Positions 18,411 to 27,644 of a stretch of DNA of 64,000 bases are shown in pieces. Every line of letters starts with the position of its first letter. Position 1 is the stretch's first letter. The stretch covers positions 21,007 through 85,006 of the forward strand of contig JBPOJB010000032.1 of assembly GCA_052034005.1 (NCBI GenBank). The letters are read 5' to 3'. The stretch is from Planctomycetota bacterium. Lineage in GTDB: Bacteria > Planctomycetota > Planctomycetia > Pirellulales > Pirellulaceae. A program made the translations under genes and the position numbers. Below the pieces are notes generated by a model, which had not been told where the DNA came from, did not search any database, and saw nothing but the letters and a program-made list of their open reading frames with translations.

Positions 18411-21400
18411 ATGACGATTCCTCGTACGCTATCCCGGTTGACTCTGTGCGTATCGATCCTGTTCTTGGCGCCGAATCGCTGCCTGTCGCAGGCAGTCTCG
18501 GAGCCGGCTCCTGCGGCCGACAGGCTGGCCGCCGAATTCGTCCAACCGCCGGACTCGGCGCGCCCCTGGGTCTACTGGTTCTGGCTCAACGGCAACATCA
18601 CGCCCGAAGGGATCACGGCGGACCTGGAAGCCATGCAGCAGGTCGGCATCGGCGGCGGGTTGATCATGGAGGTGGACCAGGGCGCGCCGGTCGGCCCGGT
18701 GGACTTCATGAGCGCGCGTTGGCGCGAGTTGTTCCAGCGCGTGCATGCGGAGTCGAAGCGGCTCGGCCTGGACATCAACATGAACAACGATGCGGGCTGG
18801 AACGGCAGCGGCGGCCCATGGATCAGGCCCGACCAGGCGATGCAGAAAGTGGTCTGGAGCGAAACGGAGGTCCAAGGGCCGCGGGGCTTCGCGGACCCGT
18901 TGCCTCAACCGGAGACCGTGGCGGGCTTCTATCGCGACATCTGCGTGCTGGCCTTCCCCAAGATCGGCGAGTACCGCATCGACCGGATCCGCGCCAAGGC
19001 CATGTTCGAAATCGGCGGCGTCGGCGGGATCGCACGCGGTGAGCTGCCGGCCTCCGAGCTGATCGATCGCCGGGCGATCGTGGTCTTGAGCGAGCGGATG
19101 GATGGTGCGGGTCGGCTGGTGTGGGACGTGCCGGCCGGCGCCTGGACCATTGTGCGTTTCGGCCACACCTGTACGGGCGTGGAGAACGCACCGGCGCCGG
19201 CCAGCGGTCGCGGGCTCGAATGCGACAAGCTCAGCAAGGAGGGCATCGAGGCCAATTTTGCGGGCATGATGGCCAGGCTCGCGTCGGACAACGGCGTCGG
19301 GCCGGAGGTGGGCGCTGCGGGCCTGGTGGCCACGCACATCGACAGCTGGGAGAACGGTTCACAGAACTGGACGGCGGCGATGCGTGACGAGTTTCAGCGC
19401 CGGCGCGGTTACGACCTGCTGCCGTTCCTGCCGGTGATGACCGGCCGCGTGGTGGACACGCTGGAGATCTCCGAACGGTTCCTGTGGGACCTGCGCCAGA
19501 CGGTCTCCGAGTTGGTGCTCGACCACTATGCCGCTCGTTTCGGCGAGTTGGCCCATGCGCACGGCATGCGCTTCACGGTCGAAGCCTACGGCTGCCCCTG
19601 CGATTCGTTGCCGTTTGCCGGCCGCGCCGATGAGCCGATGGGCGAGTTCTGGACGCCCGGCGGCGGCGCGATCGAGACCTGCCGGACGATGGCATCGGCA
19701 GGCCACGTGTATGGCAAGCGCATCATTGGCGCCGAGGCGTTTACGGCGAGCGATCACGAGCGGTGGCGCGAGCATCCGGCTTCGCTCAAGGCGCTTGGCG
19801 ACCGCGCCTTCTGCGAGGGAATCAACCGCTTCGTGTTTCACCGCTACGCGCTGCAGCCGTGGGCCGAGCGGCGCGTACCCGGCATGACCATGGGGCCGTG
19901 GGGACAGCATTACGAGCGGACGCAGACCTGGTGGGAATCCAGCGCCGCCTGGCATCTCTACCTGGCGCGCTGCCAGCACCTGCTGCGGCAGGGGCTCTAC
20001 GCGGCGGACATCTGCTACCTGCAACCCGAAGCGCCGCCGCAGGGGCCGCGGAACTTCCCGCGCCGCGGTTATGGCTGGGACGAGTGCCCGCCGGAGGTCG
20101 TGCTCACGCGGATGACCGTGCAGGACGGCCGCCTCGTGTTGCCCGACGGGATGAGCTATCGCCTGCTGGTGCTGCCCGACTCCCAGACGATCACACCGCA
20201 GCTGCTCCGCAAGATCAAGGAGCTGGTAGCGGCCGGCGCCACCGTGATCGGCCCCCGACCGGTCGGCTCGCCCAGCCTGACCGACTATCCCGCGTGTGAT
20301 GCGGAGATCGCGCAGCTCGGCGGGGAGCTGTGGGGCGATTGTGATGGGAAAACGGTCCAGCAGCACGCGTTCGCCGGGGGCCGCGTGATGTGGGGCGTGA
20401 CCCCCGAAGCCGCGCTGCAGGCCGACGGCGTGCCGCCCGACTTCGCGAGCAGCCATGGGCTCAACTACATCCACCGGCGGCTCGACGACCGGGACATCTA
20501 CTTCGTGGCCAACCCGCACCCGTGTGCGCTGGCGGCCTCCTGCAGTTTCCGCGTGACAGGCAAGCGGCCCGAGTTCTGGTGCCCCGCCACCGGACGGATC
20601 GAACCCGCGGCCGTCTTCCGGGAAGAGGGAGGCGTGACACAGGTGGCCGTGCCGCTGGCGGCGACCGGATCGGTGTTCGTCATGTTCCACCGGCCGCGCG
20701 GCGCTGTCGATCCAATCGTGGAAGTCACGCGCGGCGGGAAGGTGCTGCTGTCCGCCGCGCCGAACTCGCCGCCCAAGGTGACCATCATCAGTGCGCGCTA
20801 CGGCGTGCTCGACGATCCGCAGCGGACGCGCGACGTGCGGGCCAAGCTGCAACGGATCGTGGACGCCGGCGAACGGAGTGTCACGGTGGCGCGCATGGCC
20901 GAGGGTGATGATCCGGCCTTCATGGTGGTCAAGACGCTCGACGTCGAGTACACGGTCGACGGCGAGCGCGGGCACGTGAAGGGTACCGATCCCGAGACGA
21001 TCCTTCTGGACCAGGTCATGCAGCCGCCGCCGGCGGCCGCGGTACATGCCGACACGCAGGGTCGCATCAGCATCGAGGTGCGTGAGCCGGGCAGCTATCG
21101 CTGGACCACCGAGTCCGGGCGCGTGCAGGACGCGCATGTTGCGAGCATGCCGCCGCCCGTCTCGGTGACCGGGCCCTGGGAGGTGCGTTTCGCACCCGCC
21201 GGAGGCGCACCGCCGTCGGTATCGTTCGATCAACTCATGTCCTGGAGCGACCACGAAGACCCGGGCGTGAAGTACTATTCGGGCACCGCCACCTATCACA
21301 AGATACTGCACGTGCCGGACGACATGCCGGCCGCCGACCGCCGGCTCTACCTGGACCTGGGTGACGTGCAAGTAATGGCTCGAGTGACACTCAATGGTCA

Positions 21401-21725
21401 TGATGCGGGGATGCTCTGGAAGCCACCGTACCGCGTGGATGTCACGGACATCGCGCGGCCCGGCCGCAACGAGCTGGAAGTCCAGGTGGTCAACCTGTGG
21501 CCGAACCGGATGATCGGAGACGAACAGCTGCCGGAGGACAGCGAGCGGCATGCCAACGGCACGCTCCAGGCGTGGCCTCAATGGCTGCTGGAGGGCCGGC
21601 CGAGCCCCACCGGGCGCATCACCTTCACCAGCTGGCGGCTGTGGAAGAAAGATGACGCGCTCCTGCCCTCCGGCCTGCTCGGACCCGTCACGCTGCAGGT
21701 CACGCACTGCCTGCGGCATGAATAG
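18411..21725 (+). CDS. Large secreted glycoside hydrolase, GH106-like (alpha-L-rhamnosidase family) with C-terminal beta-sandwich domains, 1104 aa
   Basis: ORF 17853..21725 was trimmed to the ATG at 18411 (MTIPRTLSRLTLCVSILFLAPNRCLSQA, a signal peptide). The N-terminal motif PWVYWFWLNGNITPEGITADLEAMQQVGIGG is characteristic, from memory, of GH106-type enzymes. The C-terminal segment GTATYHK...VTLNGHDAGMLWKPPYRVDVT is a galactose-binding-like domain. Confidence 0.6.
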   Translation: MTIPRTLSRLTLCVSILFLAPNRCLSQAVSEPAPAADRLAAEFVQPPDSARPWVYWFWLNGNITPEGITADLEAMQQVGIGGGLIMEVDQGAPVGPVDFMSARWRELFQRVHAESKRLGLDINMNNDAGWNGSGGPWIRPDQAMQKVVWSETEVQGPRGFADPLPQPETVAGFYRDICVLAFPKIGEYRIDRIRAKAMFEIGGVGGIARGELPASELIDRRAIVVLSERMDGAGRLVWDVPAGAWTIVRFGHTCTGVENAPAPASGRGLECDKLSKEGIEANFAGMMARLASDNGVGPEVGAAGLVATHIDSWENGSQNWTAAMRDEFQRRRGYDLLPFLPVMTGRVVDTLEISERFLWDLRQTVSELVLDHYAARFGELAHAHGMRFTVEAYGCPCDSLPFAGRADEPMGEFWTPGGGAIETCRTMASAGHVYGKRIIGAEAFTASDHERWREHPASLKALGDRAFCEGINRFVFHRYALQPWAERRVPGMTMGPWGQHYERTQTWWESSAAWHLYLARCQHLLRQGLYAADICYLQPEAPPQGPRNFPRRGYGWDECPPEVVLTRMTVQDGRLVLPDGMSYRLLVLPDSQTITPQLLRKIKELVAAGATVIGPRPVGSPSLTDYPACDAEIAQLGGELWGDCDGKTVQQHAFAGGRVMWGVTPEAALQADGVPPDFASSHGLNYIHRRLDDRDIYFVANPHPCALAASCSFRVTGKRPEFWCPATGRIEPAAVFREEGGVTQVAVPLAATGSVFVMFHRPRGAVDPIVEVTRGGKVLLSAAPNSPPKVTIISARYGVLDDPQRTRDVRAKLQRIVDAGERSVTVARMAEGDDPAFMVVKTLDVEYTVDGERGHVKGTDPETILLDQVMQPPPAAAVHADTQGRISIEVREPGSYRWTTESGRVQDAHVASMPPPVSVTGPWEVRFAPAGGAPPSVSFDQLMSWSDHEDPGVKYYSGTATYHKILHVPDDMPAADRRLYLDLGDVQVMARVTLNGHDAGMLWKPPYRVDVTDIARPGRNELEVQVVNLWPNRMIGDEQLPEDSERHANGTLQAWPQWLLEGRPSPTGRITFTSWRLWKKDDALLPSGLLGPVTLQVTHCLRHE

Positions 21726-21858
21726 TCTCCGTTCGCTCCGCGAATGACGGCGGAGGAGCCCGGAGCCGGCCTGCGCCTTGCAGACCGGGTCGCCCGGGGA
21801 TTAACATTCCCGTAAACAAACGCTTGTTGAGCACCTTGCGCAGATCGGAGCCGAACCC

Positions 21859-24336
21859 ATGAAGAACATGCAACTTGCCGGTGGAATCCTCGTCATCGGG
21901 TTGGCCCTGGCCAGTCTGGCCGGGGCGGCCGAGGTCCGGGTGGCGGAGCGACCCGACATGTCGGCCGCCAACGCGCACTACACGGCCAATCGCGCGCCGC
22001 TCGCACCCAGCCCCTACGTCAAGCTGCCCATCGGCAGTATCACTCCGCGGGGCTGGCTGCGCCACATGCTCGATGTCGAGCGGGAGGGGATGGTCGGCCG
22101 GCTCAAAGAGATCTCGCCGTGGCTCGACTTCTCGAAAAGCTCCTGGGCCGATCCGGAGGGTAAAGGGCAATTCGGCTGGGAGGAGATGCCTTACTGGCTC
22201 AAAGGCTACGGCGACCTGGGCTATGTGCTCCAGGACGAGGCGATCATCGCCGAGGCGAGGAAGTGGATCGACGCGGCGATGGCATCGCAGCGCGAGGACG
22301 GTTGGTTCGGCCCCCGCGACCTGCTCACGAACCTGGACGGCAAACCCGATCTCTGGCCGCACATGGTCATGTTGAACGTCCTGCAGAGCTACCACGAGTA
22401 CAGCGGGGATCCGCGCGTCATTGAGGTGATGACGCGCTACATGAAGTGGGAGAACGGGTTGCCGGTCAGCGCGTTCGGGGAAGGCTACTGGCCGAAGATC
22501 CGCGCGGGGGACAACATCGAGAGCGCATGCTGGCTCTACAATCGCACGGGCGAGCCGTGGCTGCTCGAACTGGCCGCGAAGATCCATCAAGGCATGGCGC
22601 GTTGGGACACCGATGTGATCAACTGGCACAACGTGAACCTGGCCCAGGGCTTTCGAGCGGGCACCGTGGCCTGGATGGTCACCCAAGACCCGGCGCACCT
22701 CGAGTCCGCGGAACGCAACTACGGGAAACTGATGGGGATCTACGGGCAGTTCCCCGGCGGCGGGTTCGTGGGCGACGAGAACTGCCGTGAAGGCTACATC
22801 GACCCGCGCGGCGGCATCGAGACCTGCGGCATCGTCGAGTTCATGCACAGTTTCCAGATGCTCATGAAGATTACCGGCAACCCGGTCTGGGTCGATCGCT
22901 GCGAGGAGATCGCGTTCAACGCGTTTCCCGCCTCGATGCCGGCCGACCAGAAGGGACTGCACTACATCACCTGCGCGAACCAGGTCCAGCTCGACCGCCA
23001 CAACAAGTCGCCGGGCATTCAGAACGGCGGCACGATGTTCAGCTACTCGCCGTTCGAGACCTATCGTTGCTGCCAGCACAACGTCTCGCACGGCTGGCCG
23101 TATTACGCCGAGGAACTCTGGCTGGCCACGCCCGACAAGGGGCTCTGCGCGTCGCTCTACGCGGCATCCGAAGTCCGCGCCAAGGTGGGTGACGGCACCA
23201 CGGTCACGATCACCGAAGAGACCGACTACCCGTTCGGCGATGCCATCGAGTTCCGGCTCGAGCTGCCGAAGACGACCACGTTCCCGCTCTATCTCCGCGT
23301 GCCGCGCTGGTGCGAGGGCGCACGGGTGGCGATCAACGGCGAGGTGTCGACCACGGCGGGGCGACCGGCGTCCTTGCTGCAGATCACCCGCCCGTGGACG
23401 GCGGGGGACACCGTGACGCTTTCGCTGCCGATGAACGTCTCGGTCCGCACCTGGGCGAAGAACCAGGGCGCGGTCTCCGTGGACTATGGCCCGCTGAGCT
23501 ACTCGCTGGCGATCCGAGAGCGTTGGGAGAAGTACGGCAACCGGAACCCCGACTGGCCGGAGTGGGAAGTCTTCGCGGACTCGCCGTGGAACTACGGGCT
23601 CGTGATCGATCCACAGGCTCCTGAAAAGACCCTGGAGGTCGTGCGTCAGCCGGGCCGTGTTCCCGAGCAGCCGTTCACGCCGGAAACAGCCCCCGTACGC
23701 ATCAAGGCCCAGGCGCGGAAGATCCCGAACTGGCAACTGGATCGGCTGAGCATGATCGACAAGCTCCAACCGAGCCCGGTCAAGACATCGGAGCCGGTCG
23801 AAGAAGTCACGCTCATCCCGATGGGCGCCGCACGCCTGCGAGTCTCCATGTTCCCGGTCGTGACGGACGGTCCGGAGGGCCATGAATGGACCGCGCCGGT
23901 CCAGATCAAGCCCGCGCAGTACAAGGCCAGCGCCTCGCACTGCCACGACACGGACACGGTCGACGCCCTGAGTGACGGCGCGGAGCCGGCCAACTCGATG
24001 GATCATGACATCCCGCGCATGACTTGGTGGCCCCGCAAGGGCAGCAAGGAGTGGGTACAGTACGACTTCGCCAAGCCGCGGAAGATCTCGATGGTCTCCG
24101 TGTATTGGTTCGACGACCTGCCCGCGGGCGGCTGCTCCGTGCCACAAGCCTGGCGGATCCTGTACCGCGACGGCGATCAGTGGCGCGAAGTGGCCCATCC
24201 CAAGGCCAGCCCCATTGCGAAGGACAAGTTCAACCAGATGGCGTTCGATGCGGTGGAGACCGATGCCCTCCGCTTGGAAGTGGAACTCAAACCCGGTCTA
24301 TCCGGCGGCATCCTCGAATGGATCGTCGGCCAGTAG
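21859..24336 (+). CDS. GH127-superfamily (DUF1680-type; possibly GH127/GH146-like) hydrolase with C-terminal discoidin-like module, 825 aa
   Basis: It has a signal peptide (MKNMQLAGGILVIGLALASLAGAAE). The core carries GGIETCGIVEF (Glu-x-Cys) and YRCCQHNVSHGWP (Cys-Cys), in the same order as in GH127. The C-terminal ~140 aa (KEWVQYDF...VYWFDD...WRILYRDGDQW...LRLEVEL...GGILEWIVGQ) are homologous by eye to the N-terminal module of the 6170..8860 product. Confidence 0.7.
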   Translation: MKNMQLAGGILVIGLALASLAGAAEVRVAERPDMSAANAHYTANRAPLAPSPYVKLPIGSITPRGWLRHMLDVEREGMVGRLKEISPWLDFSKSSWADPEGKGQFGWEEMPYWLKGYGDLGYVLQDEAIIAEARKWIDAAMASQREDGWFGPRDLLTNLDGKPDLWPHMVMLNVLQSYHEYSGDPRVIEVMTRYMKWENGLPVSAFGEGYWPKIRAGDNIESACWLYNRTGEPWLLELAAKIHQGMARWDTDVINWHNVNLAQGFRAGTVAWMVTQDPAHLESAERNYGKLMGIYGQFPGGGFVGDENCREGYIDPRGGIETCGIVEFMHSFQMLMKITGNPVWVDRCEEIAFNAFPASMPADQKGLHYITCANQVQLDRHNKSPGIQNGGTMFSYSPFETYRCCQHNVSHGWPYYAEELWLATPDKGLCASLYAASEVRAKVGDGTTVTITEETDYPFGDAIEFRLELPKTTTFPLYLRVPRWCEGARVAINGEVSTTAGRPASLLQITRPWTAGDTVTLSLPMNVSVRTWAKNQGAVSVDYGPLSYSLAIRERWEKYGNRNPDWPEWEVFADSPWNYGLVIDPQAPEKTLEVVRQPGRVPEQPFTPETAPVRIKAQARKIPNWQLDRLSMIDKLQPSPVKTSEPVEEVTLIPMGAARLRVSMFPVVTDGPEGHEWTAPVQIKPAQYKASASHCHDTDTVDALSDGAEPANSMDHDIPRMTWWPRKGSKEWVQYDFAKPRKISMVSVYWFDDLPAGGCSVPQAWRILYRDGDQWREVAHPKASPIAKDKFNQMAFDAVETDALRLEVELKPGLSGGILEWIVGQ

Positions 24337-24339
24337 TGT

Positions 24340-24378
24340 GCCAGGCCTCTTGCCTGTCGACCTGTTCAGAGGCTTGGC
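24340..24378 (+). terminator. Hairpin (11-bp stem, 17-nt loop) 4 nt after the stop of the GH127-like gene; possible terminator/attenuator
   Basis: gccaggcctct (24340..24350) pairs with agaggcttggc (24368..24378), with one G-U pair. There is no U-tract. It sits in the 74-nt gap before the GH116 gene. Confidence 0.3.
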
Positions 24379-24410
24379 CGGTCCGATCATGAAGATGGGG
24401 GAAGGCGCTC

Positions 24411-27400
24411 ATGGCAGACCACCCGAACAACGCGTCCGATTGCACGACGGACGGCGACTGTTACCGGCACATCAGTCGGCGCGAGTTGCTGCGGCGGACG
24501 GGCGCTGGCGCCTTGGCGCTGGGGCTGCCCGCCCTGCGGGCCATGGCTGGGCCGTTTGACGCGCACGATTTCGAGCAGCTGGTGCCTGCGGACAAGCGGC
24601 TGAGCGCCGAGTGGATCCAGTCGTTGTACGCGCGTGGCGAGCCGGAGCAATACACGGGTCCGGATCTCCAGTGGATCGGGATGCCGATCGGCGGGCTGTG
24701 TGCTGGTCAGTTGTATTTGGGCGGCGATGGCCGGCTCTGGCATTGGGACATTTTCAACCAGTACATCGGCACGGGTGCCGCGCACTATGCGGACCCTTTG
24801 AAACCCGCCGCGCCGCTCGACCAGGGGTTCGCGATCCGCGTGAACGACACCGTCAAGTCGCTCGATCACCGCGGCTTTCGCGACATCCGCTTTCGCGGCG
24901 AGTACCCCATCGCCAAGGTCCTCTATCGCGACCCGGAGCTGCCTGTCACCATCGAGCTGGAAGCCTTCTCGCCGTTCATTCCGCTCGATGAATCGGATTC
25001 CAGCCTGCCGGTGACCGTCATGCGCTACACGGTCAGGAACACCAGCGCGGCCGCTGTGGAGATGGAACTGGGCGGTTGGCTGGAGAACGCCGTGTGCCTG
25101 TGGACCGGTCAGTCGGGCATCGGCCTGCGGCACAACCGGATCGTGCGGACCGGGACCATGCTGCGACTGGAATGCTCGGCCACGGAGCCGCCTGATGACG
25201 CGCGTCCCGACATCCTGTTCGAGGATTGGGATCGAGAGGCGTATGATCCCTGGACCGTCACCGGCACGGCGTTCGGCGGCGGCCCGGTGCTCAAGGCGGA
25301 GGTGCCCGAGTACCAGGGCGACGTCGGCGGACCCGGCCGGCGCGTGGTCAACTCGCACGCGACGGCGCCGGGCGGCGATGTGGGCGAGAAAGACAACCAG
25401 ACCGGCACGCTCACCAGTGGCGAGTTCACCATCGAGCGCGACTACATCACGTTCTGGATCGGCGGCGGAAGCCACGCCGGCACGACCTGCCTGAATCTGC
25501 TGGTCGACGGCAAGGTCGTGCTCACGGCCACCGGACAGGACAGCAACCGCATGCGTCTCGATCAGTTCGAGGTGCGGCACCTGAGGGGCCGGACCGCACG
25601 GCTGCAGATCGTCGACCACCAGCAGGGTCCCTGGGGCAACATCGGCATCGGCCGGATCGTGTTGAGCGACAAGCCGGCCGCGCTGCAGGTGCCATTCGAG
25701 GATCGGCACGATTTCGGCACCCTGGTGTTGGCGCTGCTCGAGCCGGGCGCGAGCGACCGCGGCGTGGCCGGCTTGCCCGACAGCGCCGTTCCGGCCGGCC
25801 TGTTCCGGGAGTCCGCGGACTCGGACCTGCAGGGCTCCAGGCCGTTCGGTCAGCCGTTGCGGGGCGGCCTGGCACGCACGCAGTCGTTGGGCGCCGGCGA
25901 GGAATCGACGGTGACGTTCCTCGTCGCATGGCACTTCCCCAACGATCGCATCGAAGGCGTGCCGGATGTCGGGCGCTACTATGCCAACCGGTTCAAGAGC
26001 GCCGCGGACGTTGCCGACTACACGGCCGCGCATTTTTCGTCGCTGCACGCCCAGACGCGCCTGTGGCGGGACACCTGGTACGACTCGACGCTGCCCTACT
26101 GGTTCCTGGACCGCACGATGCTCAACACGTCGATCCTGGCCACCTCCACCTGCCACCGATTCGCCACGGGCCGATTCTATGGTTGGGAAGGCGTCGGCTG
26201 TTGTCCCGGCACCTGCACCCATGTGTGGCAGTACGCGCAGGCGCCCGCCCGGCTGTTCCCGGCGTTGGAGCGCGACCTGCGCGAGCGCACGGACTTCGGC
26301 ATCGCCTTCGATGCGGATTCCGGCCTGATCCGATTCCGTGCCGAAGGCGCGGGCCTGGCGATCGACGGCCAATCCGGGTGTATCTTGCGGAGCTACCGCG
26401 AGCACCTGGTCTCCCCCGACGACGCGTTCCTCCGGCGCAACTGGCCGAAGATCAAGCGGGCCGTCCAGTGCCTGATCGACAAGGACGCCGATGGCAACGG
26501 GATCATGGAGAGCAATCAGCACAATACGCTGGATTCCGACTGGTATGGCCCGGTCGCCTGGCTGAGCGGCATATACATCGCGGCCCTGCGCGCAGCGGAG
26601 GAGATGGCCCGGGAAGTAGGCGACAGCGCGTTTGCCGCGACCTGCCGTGCGATCTTCCAGCGGGGCCGACAGTTCATCGTCCAGGAGCTGTTCAACGGCG
26701 AGTATTTCGTCAACCGGGTCGATCGGCAGCACCTCAACGCCATCAACTCGGGGACCGGCTGTGCCATCGACCAGGTGCTCGGCCAGTCGTGGGCATGGCA
26801 GGTGAGCCTGGGCCGCGTGTTGCCCCAGCCGGAAACGCGCTCGGCCCTCAAGTCGCTCTGGCGTTACAACTTCACGCCGGACGTGGGCCCCTTCCGGGAG
26901 GCCAACAAACCCGGGCGCTGGTACGCCATGCCCGGCGAAGCCGGACTGCTCATGTGCACATTCCCGCGCAGCGACTGGACTTACCAGCAGGCGGCCGGCC
27001 AAGGACCGGACTGGGCGGCCGGCTACTTCAATGAATGCATGAACGGGTTCGAGTACCAGGTGGCCGGCCACATGATCTGGGAAGGTCTGCTGCAGGAAGG
27101 CCTGGCCGTCACCCGTGCCGTCCACGACCGCTATCACGCGCGCCGCCGCAACCCCTGGAACGAAGTCGAATGCGGCGATCACTATGCCCGCTCGATGGCC
27201 AGCTACGGGGTGTTTCTGGCAATGTGCGGGTTCGAATACCACGGGCCGCGCGGCCACATCGGTTTCGCGCCGCGCCTGTCGCCGGACGATTTCCGCGCGG
27301 CGTTCACAGCCGCCGAAGGCTGGGGCACGTTCCGCCAGCAATGGAATGGCGGAACCGGGACCGCGGAACTCGCGCTGCGCTGGGGCGCACTCCGACTACG

Positions 27401-27575
27401 CACCATGTCGCTCGCCGTGCCGGCCGAGCCCAGCCGGGTTGCGGTGACGCTCGATGGCCACCCTCTCGAGTCGACGTACCGCTGGGAGGAGCAGCGGCTG
27501 GTGATCGAATTGGCGGAGGACCAGCACATCGCGGCGGAGGGACAACTCCGCGTGGAGGTGATGGGCCGTGGCTGA
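24411..27575 (+). CDS. GH116-family beta-glucosidase/glucosylceramidase-like enzyme with TAT signal and an inserted jelly-roll (LamG/GH32-C-like) module, 1054 aa
   Basis: The TAT-like signal is SRRELLRRTGAGALALGLPALRAMA. The GH116 N-domain starts at GMPIGGLCAGQLYLGGDGRLWHWDIFN. The catalytic (alpha/alpha)6 part contains WYDSTLPYWFLDR, FYGWEGVGCCPGTCTHVWQYAQ, DQHNTLD-like NQHNTLDSDWYG, and NPWNEVECGDHYARSMASY. Confidence 0.8.
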   Translation: MADHPNNASDCTTDGDCYRHISRRELLRRTGAGALALGLPALRAMAGPFDAHDFEQLVPADKRLSAEWIQSLYARGEPEQYTGPDLQWIGMPIGGLCAGQLYLGGDGRLWHWDIFNQYIGTGAAHYADPLKPAAPLDQGFAIRVNDTVKSLDHRGFRDIRFRGEYPIAKVLYRDPELPVTIELEAFSPFIPLDESDSSLPVTVMRYTVRNTSAAAVEMELGGWLENAVCLWTGQSGIGLRHNRIVRTGTMLRLECSATEPPDDARPDILFEDWDREAYDPWTVTGTAFGGGPVLKAEVPEYQGDVGGPGRRVVNSHATAPGGDVGEKDNQTGTLTSGEFTIERDYITFWIGGGSHAGTTCLNLLVDGKVVLTATGQDSNRMRLDQFEVRHLRGRTARLQIVDHQQGPWGNIGIGRIVLSDKPAALQVPFEDRHDFGTLVLALLEPGASDRGVAGLPDSAVPAGLFRESADSDLQGSRPFGQPLRGGLARTQSLGAGEESTVTFLVAWHFPNDRIEGVPDVGRYYANRFKSAADVADYTAAHFSSLHAQTRLWRDTWYDSTLPYWFLDRTMLNTSILATSTCHRFATGRFYGWEGVGCCPGTCTHVWQYAQAPARLFPALERDLRERTDFGIAFDADSGLIRFRAEGAGLAIDGQSGCILRSYREHLVSPDDAFLRRNWPKIKRAVQCLIDKDADGNGIMESNQHNTLDSDWYGPVAWLSGIYIAALRAAEEMAREVGDSAFAATCRAIFQRGRQFIVQELFNGEYFVNRVDRQHLNAINSGTGCAIDQVLGQSWAWQVSLGRVLPQPETRSALKSLWRYNFTPDVGPFREANKPGRWYAMPGEAGLLMCTFPRSDWTYQQAAGQGPDWAAGYFNECMNGFEYQVAGHMIWEGLLQEGLAVTRAVHDRYHARRRNPWNEVECGDHYARSMASYGVFLAMCGFEYHGPRGHIGFAPRLSPDDFRAAFTAAEGWGTFRQQWNGGTGTAELALRWGALRLRTMSLAVPAEPSRVAVTLDGHPLESTYRWEEQRLVIELAEDQHIAAEGQLRVEVMGRG

Positions 27576-27644
27576 AGGTCGCGTGATCGCTGACGTGCCA
27601 GTCCCCGCCGGCCGGCCGGTTGCAGGCGCGTGCCGCAGACAAGC

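Noticed and set aside
19359-21719. 786-aa minus-strand ORF (similar cases: 16036..17643, 21700..24198, 24387..27341, 27630..29417)
   Set aside because: All are antisense to hydrolase genes with clear family motifs. They are Arg/Gly/Pro/His-rich and lack any recognisable domain or sensible start context.
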